A DNA stretch of 64,000 nucleotides, taken from the IMG/VR virus record IMGVR_UViG_2671181027_000003; one strand, 5' to 3'. The position numbers were made by a program, and so were the translations under genes. The notes beneath the pieces were generated by a model, which was not told the DNA's origin, searched no databases, and saw only the letters and a list, made by a program, of their open reading frames with translations. Source of the DNA: a virus. Lineage: Duplodnaviria > Heunggongvirae > Uroviricota > Caudoviricetes. Below, piece after piece: positions 17,765 through 27,914 of the stretch (positions are counted from its first letter, which is position 1; each line of letters opens with the position of its first letter).

Positions 17765-20137
17765 ATGTCCAAAGCCATGACCAGATCTGTGCTGAAAGAG
17801 GTACAGGACTTCCGCGACTGCGTAAAACGAGTTGTAGCGATGCTTTCAGGTAAACAGATACCTGTTGCAGAGCGAGGCAATGAAGCATATGTCCGCTACA
17901 ACCGGCGCGGCGAACCAGTGCTGGTAAATATCCCATCTATACCTGACGACGCATCGCCAACCCTCATGAACGCAGTGCGTGGTTTTCTCGACCATGAGGT
18001 AGCCCATATCCTCTTTACTGATCCGAAAGTCGCAATGAAGATGCGCGAGAAAGGAAAGGCTCCGTCTACCGGGCTTTGGAACGCGCTGGAAGACGTTTTT
18101 ATTGAACGCAGAATGGGACAGGTATTCAACGGAACTCGTCGCAATTTGCTGGCCACACAGAACCTGGTGATCGACAAATACTTCAAGGGCAAAGTGTCAG
18201 AGGCGGTTTCAATCTGCCACGGCAACCAGCGTGAATTGTTCCTGAAATTCTTCCTTTGCCCGGTCGTCCGCGCCTGGGATGGCCAAAGCCCTTTCATCGA
18301 CTTTATGGAAGAACACTGGCACCTCATCGATAAGCCTGTAGCCTTGCTCAAAGAGCATGGGATCGACGTGGCCGTTCGCAATATGTCGAACACAGAAGAC
18401 TGTGTGAAGGTCGCAGCTGCTATCGCCCAAATCATGCAGGATATGAAAGACAAGCCAGAGGGCAAATTACCAGAGCTGAAATCGTCTGCTAGGAAGCCGT
18501 CGAAGAGTGAGGACGAGTCAGAGGAAACCCCAGAAGCCGGTGATGAACCGACTCATAGTGAATCAGCACCAAAGCGTACCAAAGGCGAAGACGACGACAA
18601 GGAAGAACAAGAAGATGATGCCTCAGAAGAGGAAGAGTCTGGGGATTCTGATTTGCCTGAATCAGTAGATAGGGACTTACCTACAGAAGATAAAGAAATT
18701 AGTGATACAGAAAGTAAATATACAGAAGCAGGCGAAGAGGAATCAGGAGACACCCCAGAATCCGATGATGCCGGCATGGAATCAGGTGATTCTGATGACG
18801 AAGGTGGTAGTGATGACACTGGCTCTCCAACGCTTGGTGATGGAATTCGCGAAGACGCCGATGACTCCGATGGTTATGGCTCTGGCGCCGCTGGCGATGG
18901 TGATAGTGATGACGGCGAAGACTCTGATGCTGGTCACGGGGAGTCCGAAGGAGAAGGAGAAGAGGAAGAGGAAGATGACGCAGCCGATCACACAGACGGC
19001 GAAGGCAAAGAAAATGAAGATGCCGCGGAAGCGCCTGAAGACAGTGAGTCAGGTTTTGTTCCCGCTCCGGATGAAATGACTCTGGAGGAAGCACTCAAGG
19101 CGCTCGACGAGATGGGAGACGGAACAGGCGAAATGACCGAAGACGCGCTGTCGGCCACCATCAGCAAAGAGCTTATGAGTACCTCACTTTCTGAGTATCG
19201 CCCATACGATCGTTCATACGACTTTATCGGGTTGATTGATGAGGCTGAAGAGCATGTAAAGCGCACCAGAAAGACGTTCGGCGCAATCCCAATGCACTCA
19301 CCGGTCGATCGCTACCGCATGGTTCCGGAAGGTAGAAAACTCTTTGAACTGAAAATCGAAAAACATCTGTCAGCAGGCGTTTCTTCGACTCTGGCCAAAG
19401 ACCTGGAGCGAGCTATCGCCAGCCGCAACCGAGTTCAGTTTATCCCAGGCCAGAGACGTGGGCGGATACATGGCGCGAACCTGTATCGTCTGGCAATGAA
19501 CGACGACCGCGTATTCCGCAAGAAAGAAGACCACAGAGCCGTGAACGCGTGCGTCCAGCAGGTGATCGACTTGTCCGGCTCAATGGGCGGCAGGAAGATT
19601 CAACTGGCACTCGCCAGCGCCTACACCATTGCGGATGCACTGGATCGTATCAATGTGCCTAACATCATCACCGGCTTTACCACGTTTGGTAGTCCGGATT
19701 ATGAAACCATGTCGAAGCGCGGGTTTACTCGTTTCGAGGCGCTAATGCTGCCCATTATCAAAAACTGGAATGAGAAAGCTAACTCTCCAGAGATCCGCGC
19801 CCGCATGGGCTGCGTGTGTGAGACGTTCCCCCTGCTCAATAACGTCGATGGTGAGAGCGTCGCGCAGCTGGCGACTCTGTTTGCAGGGCGAATGGAGGAC
19901 AAGAAGATCATGCTGGTTATGAGCGACGGGGCGCCATGTGCTGCAGGCGATGGGTTCCATCAGCATTTGCGAACCGTCACCAAAGAAATTGAGACGTTGA
20001 GTGACATCGATTTGATGGCTATCGGCGTTCTGACCGACGCACCACGGCGTTACTACAAAAATTACGCACTGGTAAACAGCGTAGAAGAGTTAGGGCCGTC
20101 AGTCGTCACAGAGTTATCTCGTATCATTCTTGGGTAA
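17765..20137 (+). CDS. CobT-like vWA-domain protein with a long acidic low-complexity linker
   Basis: C-terminal vWA MIDAS motif, VIDLSGSMGG. A D/E/S/G-rich acidic region spans about 18480-19100. Start at an internal Met with RBS aacaaggaaattctcATG. Confidence 0.65.
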   Translation: MSKAMTRSVLKEVQDFRDCVKRVVAMLSGKQIPVAERGNEAYVRYNRRGEPVLVNIPSIPDDASPTLMNAVRGFLDHEVAHILFTDPKVAMKMREKGKAPSTGLWNALEDVFIERRMGQVFNGTRRNLLATQNLVIDKYFKGKVSEAVSICHGNQRELFLKFFLCPVVRAWDGQSPFIDFMEEHWHLIDKPVALLKEHGIDVAVRNMSNTEDCVKVAAAIAQIMQDMKDKPEGKLPELKSSARKPSKSEDESEETPEAGDEPTHSESAPKRTKGEDDDKEEQEDDASEEEESGDSDLPESVDRDLPTEDKEISDTESKYTEAGEEESGDTPESDDAGMESGDSDDEGGSDDTGSPTLGDGIREDADDSDGYGSGAAGDGDSDDGEDSDAGHGESEGEGEEEEEDDAADHTDGEGKENEDAAEAPEDSESGFVPAPDEMTLEEALKALDEMGDGTGEMTEDALSATISKELMSTSLSEYRPYDRSYDFIGLIDEAEEHVKRTRKTFGAIPMHSPVDRYRMVPEGRKLFELKIEKHLSAGVSSTLAKDLERAIASRNRVQFIPGQRRGRIHGANLYRLAMNDDRVFRKKEDHRAVNACVQQVIDLSGSMGGRKIQLALASAYTIADALDRINVPNIITGFTTFGSPDYETMSKRGFTRFEALMLPIIKNWNEKANSPEIRARMGCVCETFPLLNNVDGESVAQLATLFAGRMEDKKIMLVMSDGAPCAAGDGFHQHLRTVTKEIETLSDIDLMAIGVLTDAPRRYYKNYALVNSVEELGPSVVTELSRIILG

Positions 20138-20233
20138 TAGCTTTACCCGTAAAAATAAGTAATCACTTACTATACAGCCTGATATATTTATATAAGATAT
20201 ACCCCACGAACGACAAACAGTAAGGAAAAACAC

Positions 20234-21469
20234 ATGACCGCTACTGCACTACAGCAAGAAGAACATTTGCCGGAAGCCATCGTCTGCAAGTGGTGTGGCA
20301 AATCCTTTCATTACCTGAAATCCCATATCTCTATGGGCCGCTGCGAGAACATTCCTGAGTCCGCGAAAGGTATGGACGTGGACGACGTGGTGAAAATGTA
20401 CACCTCTGCGTTTCCGGATGAACCAACGATCTCTCGCACGGCACTGGCCAAACTCAATGAGAAGCGTGCCGAAAAGCATTCAGGCGAAGGAAAAGTAGCG
20501 GAGATTAGCGCACATCCGGGCTACGCAGGAACGGTCGAATACAAGACCGAACTGGTGGCCGCGCACGAGCTGCTTGGCGTAACGATCAAAGAGCTGGGAA
20601 CGCCACGCGGAAAACCACTGCAGGTGACAGTCAACGTCAACACGCCATATCCGGAGTTCGTACCGGAAGCGAAGAAGAACTATGTGTATGGCGACTTCGA
20701 CCTGATTAAAGACATCTTCATGATGCTGGAAATCGGAATCCCAGGCTATCTCTGGGGTCATGCAGGAACCGGTAAATCTTCTCTTCCTACGCAGCTATGC
20801 GCCCTGCTGAATCGACCACTGATCCGCGCCCAGCATACGGCGTCTATGGAAGAAGCACACGTTACAGGCCAGATCCTCGCTCGCGATGGCTCCACCTACT
20901 TCGAGCCGGGTTTGCTGGCGCTGGCGATGAAAAATGGCTGGGTGTACCTCGCTGATGAATATGACTTCGCGTTCCCGCAGATTCTGGGTGTGTACCAGCC
21001 AGTTCTTGAAGGAGAGCCGCTGATCATCAAAGAGGCAACTCCGGACTGGCGCCGTATCACTCCGCATAAACGCTTTGCCTTCATTGGCACTGGCAACACT
21101 AACGGCTCTGGCGACGAAACGGGTCTCTATCAAGGGACGAACATCCAGAACGCGGCGAACTTCTCGCGCTTCGGCATTGTTTCGAACGTGAAGTACATGA
21201 GCACTAAGGCTGAAGTCAACATGCTGGCTGAGGCTGGCGTCATCCGCGAATACGCCGAGAAGATGGTGAAATTCGCGAACCTTGTCCGTGAAGGTTATGA
21301 ACAGCATCTGATCAGCCAGCCAATCGGCCCTCGCGAGCTGCTGCTGTCCGCAAAAATCGGAATGATGCGCGGTGATTTCTCTGCCGGCATCGAAAAGTCG
21401 TTTATCAATAAACTTCCATCCACGTCTGCACAGGCAGCGCGTGAAGTGGTTCAGAAGATCTTCGGTTAA
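20234..21469 (+). CDS. CobS/MoxR-like AAA+ ATPase
   Basis: Walker A GHAGTGKSS, Walker B VYLADEYD, and AAA+ sensor regions. Confidence 0.7.
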   Translation: MTATALQQEEHLPEAIVCKWCGKSFHYLKSHISMGRCENIPESAKGMDVDDVVKMYTSAFPDEPTISRTALAKLNEKRAEKHSGEGKVAEISAHPGYAGTVEYKTELVAAHELLGVTIKELGTPRGKPLQVTVNVNTPYPEFVPEAKKNYVYGDFDLIKDIFMMLEIGIPGYLWGHAGTGKSSLPTQLCALLNRPLIRAQHTASMEEAHVTGQILARDGSTYFEPGLLALAMKNGWVYLADEYDFAFPQILGVYQPVLEGEPLIIKEATPDWRRITPHKRFAFIGTGNTNGSGDETGLYQGTNIQNAANFSRFGIVSNVKYMSTKAEVNMLAEAGVIREYAEKMVKFANLVREGYEQHLISQPIGPRELLLSAKIGMMRGDFSAGIEKSFINKLPSTSAQAAREVVQKIFG

Positions 21470-21471
21470 TC

Positions 21472-21640
21472 GTGCGTAAAGGATGTTTCGGCTCTCTTAT
21501 CGCAGCGTCTGAAACTGGCCGGGCTTGTCTGGTGTGTCCGGATAGGCCCGAGTGCCACCAGTCAGCCAAAGAGGTTGCGATTTCGATGTATGGGAAGTTC
21601 GTTGGCTTCCCCAATGACAAAATCAAGAAAACCAGAAAGG
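21472..21640 (+). CDS. small Cys-rich protein (possible zinc ribbon)
   Basis: CLVCPDRPEC motif. The ORF runs into the DnaE start region; boundaries uncertain. Confidence 0.25.
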
Positions 21641-21649
21641 TAAAAACAC

Positions 21650-24600
21650 ATGAAGGCTCTGATGGTCAGAACTGACTTCTCCCTGGGAGAGTCGGCTCTA
21701 AAAGCAGAAAACGCGGTGAAAATCGCGAGAGAAGCTGGATACACCGCTGTCATTTCCGCTGACAGCATGAACATTGCCAGTGTGATCCCCCTGCAGCGTG
21801 CCGCTGGCGACGACATGGCGGTTATTTGTGGTGTTAAGCTGAATGTGGTCGACGATCCGACATACGAGCACCGCGCCCGCCTGGCGAAAGAGTCAGGTGG
21901 ATGTATGGAATCATTGGTACGTGATTCCAGCTACTGCTTCACGGCACTGATAAAGAATGAGCAAGGTTATCGCGACGTGTGCGAACTGATGACCTTAGCC
22001 AACAAGCGCGAGCAATTCTACTTTGTCCCGCGTCTGGCGCTTGACCAGCTGGCGGCCGCATATGCCAAAGGCAACATCATCCTGCTGACGTCTGACATTG
22101 GCAGTGTATTCCAGCGCCGGGACTTCGCAAAGATTATCGGGACGCTGGTGACAGCTGGAGGACGCGATAACTTCTACAGCGTGGTTTATCCGCACCCTAC
22201 CCCATTCTACGACCAGATTAACGTCCGGGCGATGAAAGTGGCGAGCGCACTGAAAATAGAGCCAGTGGCGTTCTATCCCGCTTATTACGAAGCGGTAGAC
22301 GACGCTGACATTAAAGACATTGCGCACATGGTTACGAACAACATCAAAATAGACCAGCCGCATCGTCTGCGTATTCCCCACCAGCGAGATAACGCCGTTA
22401 ATGGTCGCCGCCATCTCCTTGAAGCACTGAAAGCCTTCTCCGTTCGAATGGATGTGCCGGTAACAGCTGCAATGGCCTCAACAACGCAGGACACCATTAT
22501 TGAAGCCTGCACATGGCGCTGGCATGAATTGCCACCAGCACTACCCAAGATGGCAGACGACGAGCCTGCAACGCTGATGAAGCTGGCTGTCGCGGGGCTG
22601 CGCAAGCGTCTTACTACCAAAGAGTTTGGCTACACACCACCGGCTTCTGAGCACCGTGTGTATGTTGATCGCCTGAAGTACGAAATGGACACGCTGACCC
22701 GTCTGGGCTTCTGCGGCTACTTCCTGATGGTGCGCGACCTGATGAATCACAGCCGTGAAACTGGCATTCCTGTCGGGCCAGGTCGTGGTTCCTCTGCCGG
22801 TTCTCTGGTGGCGTGGTGCATCGGCATAACCAACGTCGATCCTATCCGTCACGGACTTCTGTTTGAGCGTTTCATCAACCCTGAACGTCTCGACTTGCCG
22901 GATGCGGATCTGGACTTCAGCCAGGCACGTCGTCATGAGGTGATCGAGTATCTGAATGAACGCTATGGCGAAGATTACGTTGCCGGTATTCCGAACTTCA
23001 CCTATCTGGGCGCCGCTTCTGCGCTGCGTGACACTGCGCGTATTTACGGTGTCGACGCTGCGGATATGGCGGTATCCAAAGAGTTCAAGAACCTGGAAGA
23101 CGATAGCCTATCTCTGGAAGAGCTGCGCGAACAACTGGCCAGCCTGGACAAATACGCCACGAAAAACCCGGAAGCGTTCAAAGCGGCGTGTAAGCTGCAA
23201 AGCCTGATGCGTGGCTTTGGCCGTCACGCTGCGGGGATGATCGTCGCTGGCGTTCCACTGGTAGAGCGCACGCCCGTCGAGCTGCGTGGCAACGCTCGCT
23301 GTATTGCGTTCGATAAACGTTACTGCGAGGCGATGGGGTTGATTAAGCTGGACGTTCTCGGTCTGGCAACGCTCGATCTACTGGATAGCGCGAAACGCTA
23401 CATCAAAGAGAGTACCGGGGAAGACATCAATCTCGATGCTATCCCACTGGACGATCGCAAGGTTCTGGATGGGTTCGCTGCAGGGTACACGCAGGGAGTA
23501 TTCCAGCTGGAGTCCGGCCCCATGCGCAAGCTGCTTAAAGATCTGGGCGGTGGCATTGAGCCAATGAGCTTCAAAACCGTTGTCGCCACGACCGCACTCT
23601 TCCGACCTGGCCCGATTCAATCAGGCATGTTGGACGACTATGTCTCCGTGGCCAAAGGCTTCATGGCTCCACAGTCGCTGCACCCGGTACTGGACGAACT
23701 TACCGCGGAAACCAACGGCGTGATTCTGTATCAGGAACAGACGATGAACGCGACACGATTGCTGGCCGGCTTCACGATGGCCGAAGCTGATGGTGTGCGT
23801 AAAGCGATCGGTAAAAAGGATATGGAAAAGATGAAGAGCATGGGCGAGAAGTTCGTCGTTCAGGCTCAAGCTGGTTGGATCGACGTTGAGATGGAAGACG
23901 ACACCACGCAGCGTATTCACCGCGCGGAACACTTCAAATGTGAGGACGGCGCACTGCGGACGGTCGAAGAAGCGCTGGAGACAGGTGTGAAATTGCCTAT
24001 GGCTGCCGTACGCGTTACAGGGTCACAACCGGGCTTATCAGAAACAAAAGCGAAGGAGATCTGGGATGCCTTCGAGAAGAACGGTGCGTATCAGTTCAAC
24101 AAATCACACTCCGTTGCCTACTCGCTGATCAGCTATCAGTCTATGTGGTTAAAGACACATTACCCTGCTGAGTTCTTCGCTGCTGCGCTCACCATTCTGG
24201 GCGAGGATAAGCACCAGGGGCTGGTTAAGGATGCGCTGACCTATGGCATTCGCGTACTGCCACCAGATGTTAACGTGTCATCTAACCGAATTGAGATCCG
24301 CACGCTGGAAGACGGCAGCCAGGTACTGTATGCGCCATTCTCTGCTGTGAAAGGCTGCTCTGAGAACGGATGCCAGGCCATCATGAGAGCGCGTGAGAAA
24401 GTTGGCGGGAAATTCGAGTCACTTGAGCAATTTGAGGAAGCGGTCGAGAAGCGTGCGTGTAACAGCCGGGTACGCGAGTCACTGCAAAAAGTAGGTGCGT
24501 TCGCATCGATTGAGCCTGGCAGTCTGCCAGCGACAGATCCGGAACGACTGCGCGACCAGGCAGAGTTGATGGGCAATCTGGTGATCGACGCTGTAAAAGC

Positions 24601-25168
24601 CTCTCGACCGTTCGAGATGAACCCTAAGCGCTCTGCTGAAGTGAATGTACTGATGACTCGCATGGCGGCCGAAATGGGTCTGGGAGACGACCTGATCCGC
24701 CCAAGCATTGGCATTAAGCCGAAAATCATGGTCATTCTGGACAACGCGAACGGCAATGATGGGCGTACCGGCTACTTCATGGAGAACGGCTACGACGACT
24801 TTAAGGCGAAGTTGCTTACTGCAGGCGATCTGCGCATGGGCGATCTCTACGTCACCGGCGTGTGCAAAAAGGTGAAGGACAAAGAGAAGGACTACACCAA
24901 AGACGAGATCGGCCAGTTCACCGACTTTATGCGTGAAGAGATCAATCTGGTGCGTCCGACCTATGTGCTGACGTGTGGCAGCCGGGCGACGTCACTCTTC
25001 AACAACAAGAGCAAACCATCCGACCTGGTTGGACGCAAAGAGTATCTGCCAGAGCTGGATGTGACCGTTTTCTACGGATTTAACCCGAACATTTTGTACT
25101 TTCGCCCAGAAGAAGGCGAAAAGCTGGAAGCAATTCTGGCAGAGGTAGCGGAGACTATTAGCAAATGA
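21650..25168 (+). CDS. DNA polymerase III alpha-like (DnaE, C-family) with a C-terminal degenerate UDG-like domain
   Basis: PHP-like N-terminus. Hallmark DnaE block GYFLMVRDLMNHSRETGIPVGPGRGSSAGSLVAWCIGITNVDPIRHGLLFERFINPERLDLPDADLDF. The C-terminal roughly 200 aa resemble the family-4 UDG fold but lack the GEGPG and HPS catalytic motifs. Confidence 0.8.
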   Translation: MKALMVRTDFSLGESALKAENAVKIAREAGYTAVISADSMNIASVIPLQRAAGDDMAVICGVKLNVVDDPTYEHRARLAKESGGCMESLVRDSSYCFTALIKNEQGYRDVCELMTLANKREQFYFVPRLALDQLAAAYAKGNIILLTSDIGSVFQRRDFAKIIGTLVTAGGRDNFYSVVYPHPTPFYDQINVRAMKVASALKIEPVAFYPAYYEAVDDADIKDIAHMVTNNIKIDQPHRLRIPHQRDNAVNGRRHLLEALKAFSVRMDVPVTAAMASTTQDTIIEACTWRWHELPPALPKMADDEPATLMKLAVAGLRKRLTTKEFGYTPPASEHRVYVDRLKYEMDTLTRLGFCGYFLMVRDLMNHSRETGIPVGPGRGSSAGSLVAWCIGITNVDPIRHGLLFERFINPERLDLPDADLDFSQARRHEVIEYLNERYGEDYVAGIPNFTYLGAASALRDTARIYGVDAADMAVSKEFKNLEDDSLSLEELREQLASLDKYATKNPEAFKAACKLQSLMRGFGRHAAGMIVAGVPLVERTPVELRGNARCIAFDKRYCEAMGLIKLDVLGLATLDLLDSAKRYIKESTGEDINLDAIPLDDRKVLDGFAAGYTQGVFQLESGPMRKLLKDLGGGIEPMSFKTVVATTALFRPGPIQSGMLDDYVSVAKGFMAPQSLHPVLDELTAETNGVILYQEQTMNATRLLAGFTMAEADGVRKAIGKKDMEKMKSMGEKFVVQAQAGWIDVEMEDDTTQRIHRAEHFKCEDGALRTVEEALETGVKLPMAAVRVTGSQPGLSETKAKEIWDAFEKNGAYQFNKSHSVAYSLISYQSMWLKTHYPAEFFAAALTILGEDKHQGLVKDALTYGIRVLPPDVNVSSNRIEIRTLEDGSQVLYAPFSAVKGCSENGCQAIMRAREKVGGKFESLEQFEEAVEKRACNSRVRESLQKVGAFASIEPGSLPATDPERLRDQAELMGNLVIDAVKASRPFEMNPKRSAEVNVLMTRMAAEMGLGDDLIRPSIGIKPKIMVILDNANGNDGRTGYFMENGYDDFKAKLLTAGDLRMGDLYVTGVCKKVKDKEKDYTKDEIGQFTDFMREEINLVRPTYVLTCGSRATSLFNNKSKPSDLVGRKEYLPELDVTVFYGFNPNILYFRPEEGEKLEAILAEVAETISK

Positions 25169-25608
25169 ATAAAGAGAACACCATGAACGAGGCACAGAAG
25201 ATTGCACAAGCGCTGGCGGCTATCCCAGCGGATTTTCAGGATAAAGCAGTTGCGGCCACCATGCGGTCGCAGTTCTGGGAAATCATCGACTGCCCGGTCA
25301 CGTTAGATCTGGCGCTGGCGTTCGCCGGGCTGGATGGTGCCGACAAAGTCAGTCGTTTGCGTAAATGTGCCAGAGCGCTGGCGCTTAAAACGCAAGATCC
25401 GAAGGCGTGCCAGTATCTGCTGGAGATTTACGAATCGGATAACCCAGAGGAACAGCTGGAGGCGTTCAAAGTGTTCCGCAATCGGCTGGTGCTGAAGGTG
25501 GCCAAAGAGTTTATGGAAGTGAACAAGATTGGCGATGTGAGACAGTACAGGCTGAAACGCCAGACCAGAGTCACGCTATCCAACATTTTTGGTAAGAAAG
25601 TCGCATAA
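25165..25608 (+). CDS. hypothetical protein
   Basis: 147-aa ORF. ATGA overlap with dnaE; terminator downstream. Confidence 0.5.
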   Translation: MNKENTMNEAQKIAQALAAIPADFQDKAVAATMRSQFWEIIDCPVTLDLALAFAGLDGADKVSRLRKCARALALKTQDPKACQYLLEIYESDNPEEQLEAFKVFRNRLVLKVAKEFMEVNKIGDVRQYRLKRQTRVTLSNIFGKKVA

Positions 25609-25609
25609 A

Positions 25610-25642
25610 GCAAAAACCCGCCGATTGGCGGGTTTTGTTTTG
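25610..25642 (+). terminator. rho-independent terminator
   Basis: aaaaacccgccgattggcgggttttgttttg. Confidence 0.7.
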
Positions 25643-25753
25643 CCGCTAGTCTAGTCGGGGTTGTCTTGTTTTTTTTGTGGGTTTTGGGAACATATAGTTC
25701 GCCAACGATGGCACTGAATTGAAAAATAAGCGTTTATACGGAGCCTTTGGGTT

Positions 25754-26179
25754 ATGAACTTAATTAAAAAAACACTTATCGCATCAATAAGCATCGGAAT
25801 GGTTGGTTGTGCAGGTATGAGAATGCCTGATTATGCCGAAGTCAAAACAAGCCCATATTACTCAGAGTGCAGGGAGTTCGCCGCCGACGTGTATAAAAAT
25901 GACGGCTACAGCAAGCTGGCCAACACGGTAATTCTGACCATGAACGACAGAAAAGCTCAGGCTATTGTGTCAGGGTGTGTAGTAACAATGGGCAAAAATA
26001 GTATTGAGGAAGCAAAGTCAGATCTGAACAAGAAGGCTGCGGGGTACGGGATACTCAGTGGAGCTTGTTACGACGCCTCATGTCGTGTTGATACCGAGCA
26101 GCAGTTGAAAGCCTACACGCTGGGAAGTTATTACGCGGCATACAAGAAGTTCCCAGATCAAATGAAACCTGAGTTTTAA
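25754..26179 (+). CDS. lipoprotein
   Basis: MNLIKKTLIASISIGMVGC lipobox. Confidence 0.55.
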   Translation: MNLIKKTLIASISIGMVGCAGMRMPDYAEVKTSPYYSECREFAADVYKNDGYSKLANTVILTMNDRKAQAIVSGCVVTMGKNSIEEAKSDLNKKAAGYGILSGACYDASCRVDTEQQLKAYTLGSYYAAYKKFPDQMKPEF

Positions 26180-26189
26180 GGATAAAACG

Positions 26190-26489
26190 ATGAAAAGCAT
26201 GATCAAAACTCTGACTCTGACCGCTACTATTCTCACACTGTCAGGTTGTGCTTTCCCGGATAAGGATGGAGATTACGGCGCTTACGTCTATAACTGCCAG
26301 CAGTATGCTTACGGCAAATCCTACGCATTTGAACACAGAGATTTCGCATATAAAGTTTGCAAAGACGCCGCCAAACTTTGGGGAGATGAAGTCCCAGCCT
26401 ATGTCATCAGGCAAATCAAACTTCACCCGGAGATCCCTGCTGATGAAATCAAATATGCAGCAATGGCCGGTTCATTGGGCAACAACTAA
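26190..26489 (+). CDS. lipoprotein
   Basis: MKSMIKTLTLTATILTLSGC lipobox. Confidence 0.55.
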   Translation: MKSMIKTLTLTATILTLSGCAFPDKDGDYGAYVYNCQQYAYGKSYAFEHRDFAYKVCKDAAKLWGDEVPAYVIRQIKLHPEIPADEIKYAAMAGSLGNN

Positions 26490-26530
26490 CAATAACCAGT
26501 TAACGGAGGCATTGCGGCCTCCGTTTATGT

Positions 26531-27205
26531 TTATTGAAAAAACTGTTCAAGGTCATTTTCTGGTTTTTTCGCTTTTAACGCCCCAGCCTGAACGAAAGTT
26601 TTGCATAACTTGGTCGGAATAATATAACCACCATCAGTTGCGCCGTTGTTTATTGCCAAACCAGCATTAACATAACCTACCAAGAGTGGGTCATCATTAG
26701 ATCTAGAGCTAAACCCTCCTCTTAGGCAAAATTCAGCCAATTGTTCAATATCGAAGGCAGGTACTCTTTCAAGAGCATAAAGCAAGCGTCTCAAAGTATT
26801 GAAATCAATATCTTCCCTGGCAAAAGCCTTGAGGAAAGATGCCACCAACTCTGGTTTTTTCTCACTTTCCATACGGTCAATTATTTCGATCAGACTGGCA
26901 CCTGCTTTACCGGCGAACTTGTCGTCATCATTCAGACGGTCAGTCATTTCAATACGCTCAGATTCAGTCATCTCCGACAAAGGGTTCAGAAAGTGAACTA
27001 ATTTATCCGTGAAGATTTGGTCGCGGATATGGCCTGCCGTTTTATATACACCGACCAGCGTATTCACGAAGGGGATGGATTCAAGAGCCTTAGATTCAAG
27101 CAAGGCATCAAGACCTAGTTCGACATATTCTTTTCCAAGTTCGACTACAGATTCGGATTTTATGGCGCTGATTAATGCGCGGCCGGGTTTCGTGTCCTTT
27201 GCCAT
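26531..27205 (-). CDS. hypothetical protein (convergent with the lipoprotein pair)
   Basis: 224-aa minus-strand ORF. A terminator hairpin at 26506-26530 separates it from the lipoprotein genes. Confidence 0.5.
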   Translation of the reverse strand: MAKDTKPGRALISAIKSESVVELGKEYVELGLDALLESKALESIPFVNTLVGVYKTAGHIRDQIFTDKLVHFLNPLSEMTESERIEMTDRLNDDDKFAGKAGASLIEIIDRMESEKKPELVASFLKAFAREDIDFNTLRRLLYALERVPAFDIEQLAEFCLRGGFSSRSNDDPLLVGYVNAGLAINNGATDGGYIIPTKLCKTFVQAGALKAKKPENDLEQFFQ

Positions 27206-27363
27206 TTGAGCCTCTTATTTGGGGACGGTATCCACCATTTTTGTATAGCGACAATAGTACCAAACAGGAGATCTGTATAACCTCCATTTTTTGCTCCAAC
27301 ATGCAACACCCTGCATTACTCATGATAAAATTAATACATCAATGTAAGTGGAAACTTAATATC

Positions 27364-27795
27364 ATGAGCACCGATATCTACGAAAAAATCATGTCCGATC
27401 TGGAGTTCGACCGCGACAATCTTGAGGAAGTCTGGCGTCAGCAACCGCGCCTGTTAATGGAGTACGGCTCTAAGCTGGCGCGGGCAGAACGCGAAGTCGC
27501 AGATGCAAAACTCTCCCTCGATGCGATTGAGGCGAAAATCTACGACAATGAGCGTAAGAACCTGAGTATGAACGGCATTAAGTTTAATGAGTCCGTACTG
27601 GAGGCGAAGGTAAGAACCAACCCGCAATACCTCGCAAAGCGCCAGAAACTCGACGATGCCCGGCACATTGCAGATCTGTACAAGCACGCTGTAGCCGCCT
27701 TCTCTCACCGCCGCGACATGATTGTCCAGGCGTCCAAAATGGCTATCGTGGAGATTGAACGTTTGGGCGCCGAACGTTTCCACTCCCCCCGTTAA
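27364..27795 (+). CDS. hypothetical coiled-coil protein
   Basis: Start at internal Met MSTDIYEK. 144 aa. Confidence 0.4.
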   Translation: MSTDIYEKIMSDLEFDRDNLEEVWRQQPRLLMEYGSKLARAEREVADAKLSLDAIEAKIYDNERKNLSMNGIKFNESVLEAKVRTNPQYLAKRQKLDDARHIADLYKHAVAAFSHRRDMIVQASKMAIVEIERLGAERFHSPR

Positions 27796-27914
27796 TTTAT
27801 GCTAGATCGTAAGTAAGTACTGATCTATTATTCTTCTCGCTCGAAAGAGCCACGAATAAACGAACGCCCAACGCGCATAGCGCCAATGGCCACAATCACA
27901 ACAAGGAGAAATAC

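Noticed and set aside
18480-19270. Multiple ORFs on both strands (18553-18819, 18699-19094, 18702-19079, 18782-18991, 18988-19266)
   Set aside because: They lie inside the acidic low-complexity region of the CobT-like gene. Repetitive GAn/GAT codons generate shadow ORFs in all frames.
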